From: an uncultured Dehalococcoidales bacterium
GTDB lineage: Bacteria; Chloroflexota; Dehalococcoidia; Dehalococcoidales; BS750m-G39
DNA: 25,685 bases
Assembly (NCBI GenBank): GCA_964533385.1
Contig: CAZHLO010000001.1
Span: 1-25,685, forward strand
Direction: 5' to 3'
Below, one piece after another: positions 25,662 to 25,685 of this stretch. The notes beneath the pieces are model-generated. The model made no database searches. It had not been told where the DNA came from and was given only the letters and a program-made list of their open reading frames with translations. Every line of letters starts with the position of its first letter. Position 1 is the first letter of the stretch. Position numbers and translations under genes: made by a program.

Positions 25662-25685
25662 ATGCTCACCCTGTTCTGGAAAGGT
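25662..25685 (+). CDS. Start of an unidentified gene truncated by the window end (MLTLFWKG...)
   Basis: Strong SD GGAGGAG followed by ATG, with a promoter upstream. Too short to identify. Confidence 0.5.

Noticed and set aside
1-25685. CRISPR array, rRNA, riboswitch (e.g. lysine riboswitch for the dap genes) or transposase
   Set aside because: No regularly spaced repeats or rRNA-like sequence. The intergenic gaps before dap, dxs and the ABC genes are too short or show no recognisable aptamer. A covariance-model scan was not possible.

Overview
A mostly housekeeping chromosomal segment of a bacterium that looks like Dehalococcoidia (Chloroflexota). This assignment is inference, from the DapL lysine route, the gene order, and the lipoprotein and zinc-ribbon styles. 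From the left: the 3' part of a phage-like HNH endonuclease and a double-hairpin element, then a long minus-strand run dxs-pgk-apgM-tpiA-miaA-dapF-[orphan nuclease-like ORF]-dapL-hflX. Next come a cupin plus polar amino-acid ABC operon, dedA, tRNA-Arg(UCU), a complete Opp/Dpp-type ABC cassette, and plsY plus a rhomboid protease. The right end holds a zinc-ribbon-fused CPBP protease converging on a small Thr-rich membrane protein, a macrodomain plus metallophosphoesterase pair, tRNA-Lys(UUU) and a GpgS-like glycosyltransferase. No CRISPR array, rRNA, integrase or transposase is visible, and I cannot claim a clear-cut new multi-gene system. The best leads are the orphan nuclease-like gene coupled into the dap operon, the CPBP/Thr-rich protein pair, the cupin-ABC operon, and the hairpin element beside the HNH gene. 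There is also a set of unusual translation-initiation signals: likely ATT and CTG starts, a Met-Thr-stop uORF, and leaderless mRNAs.
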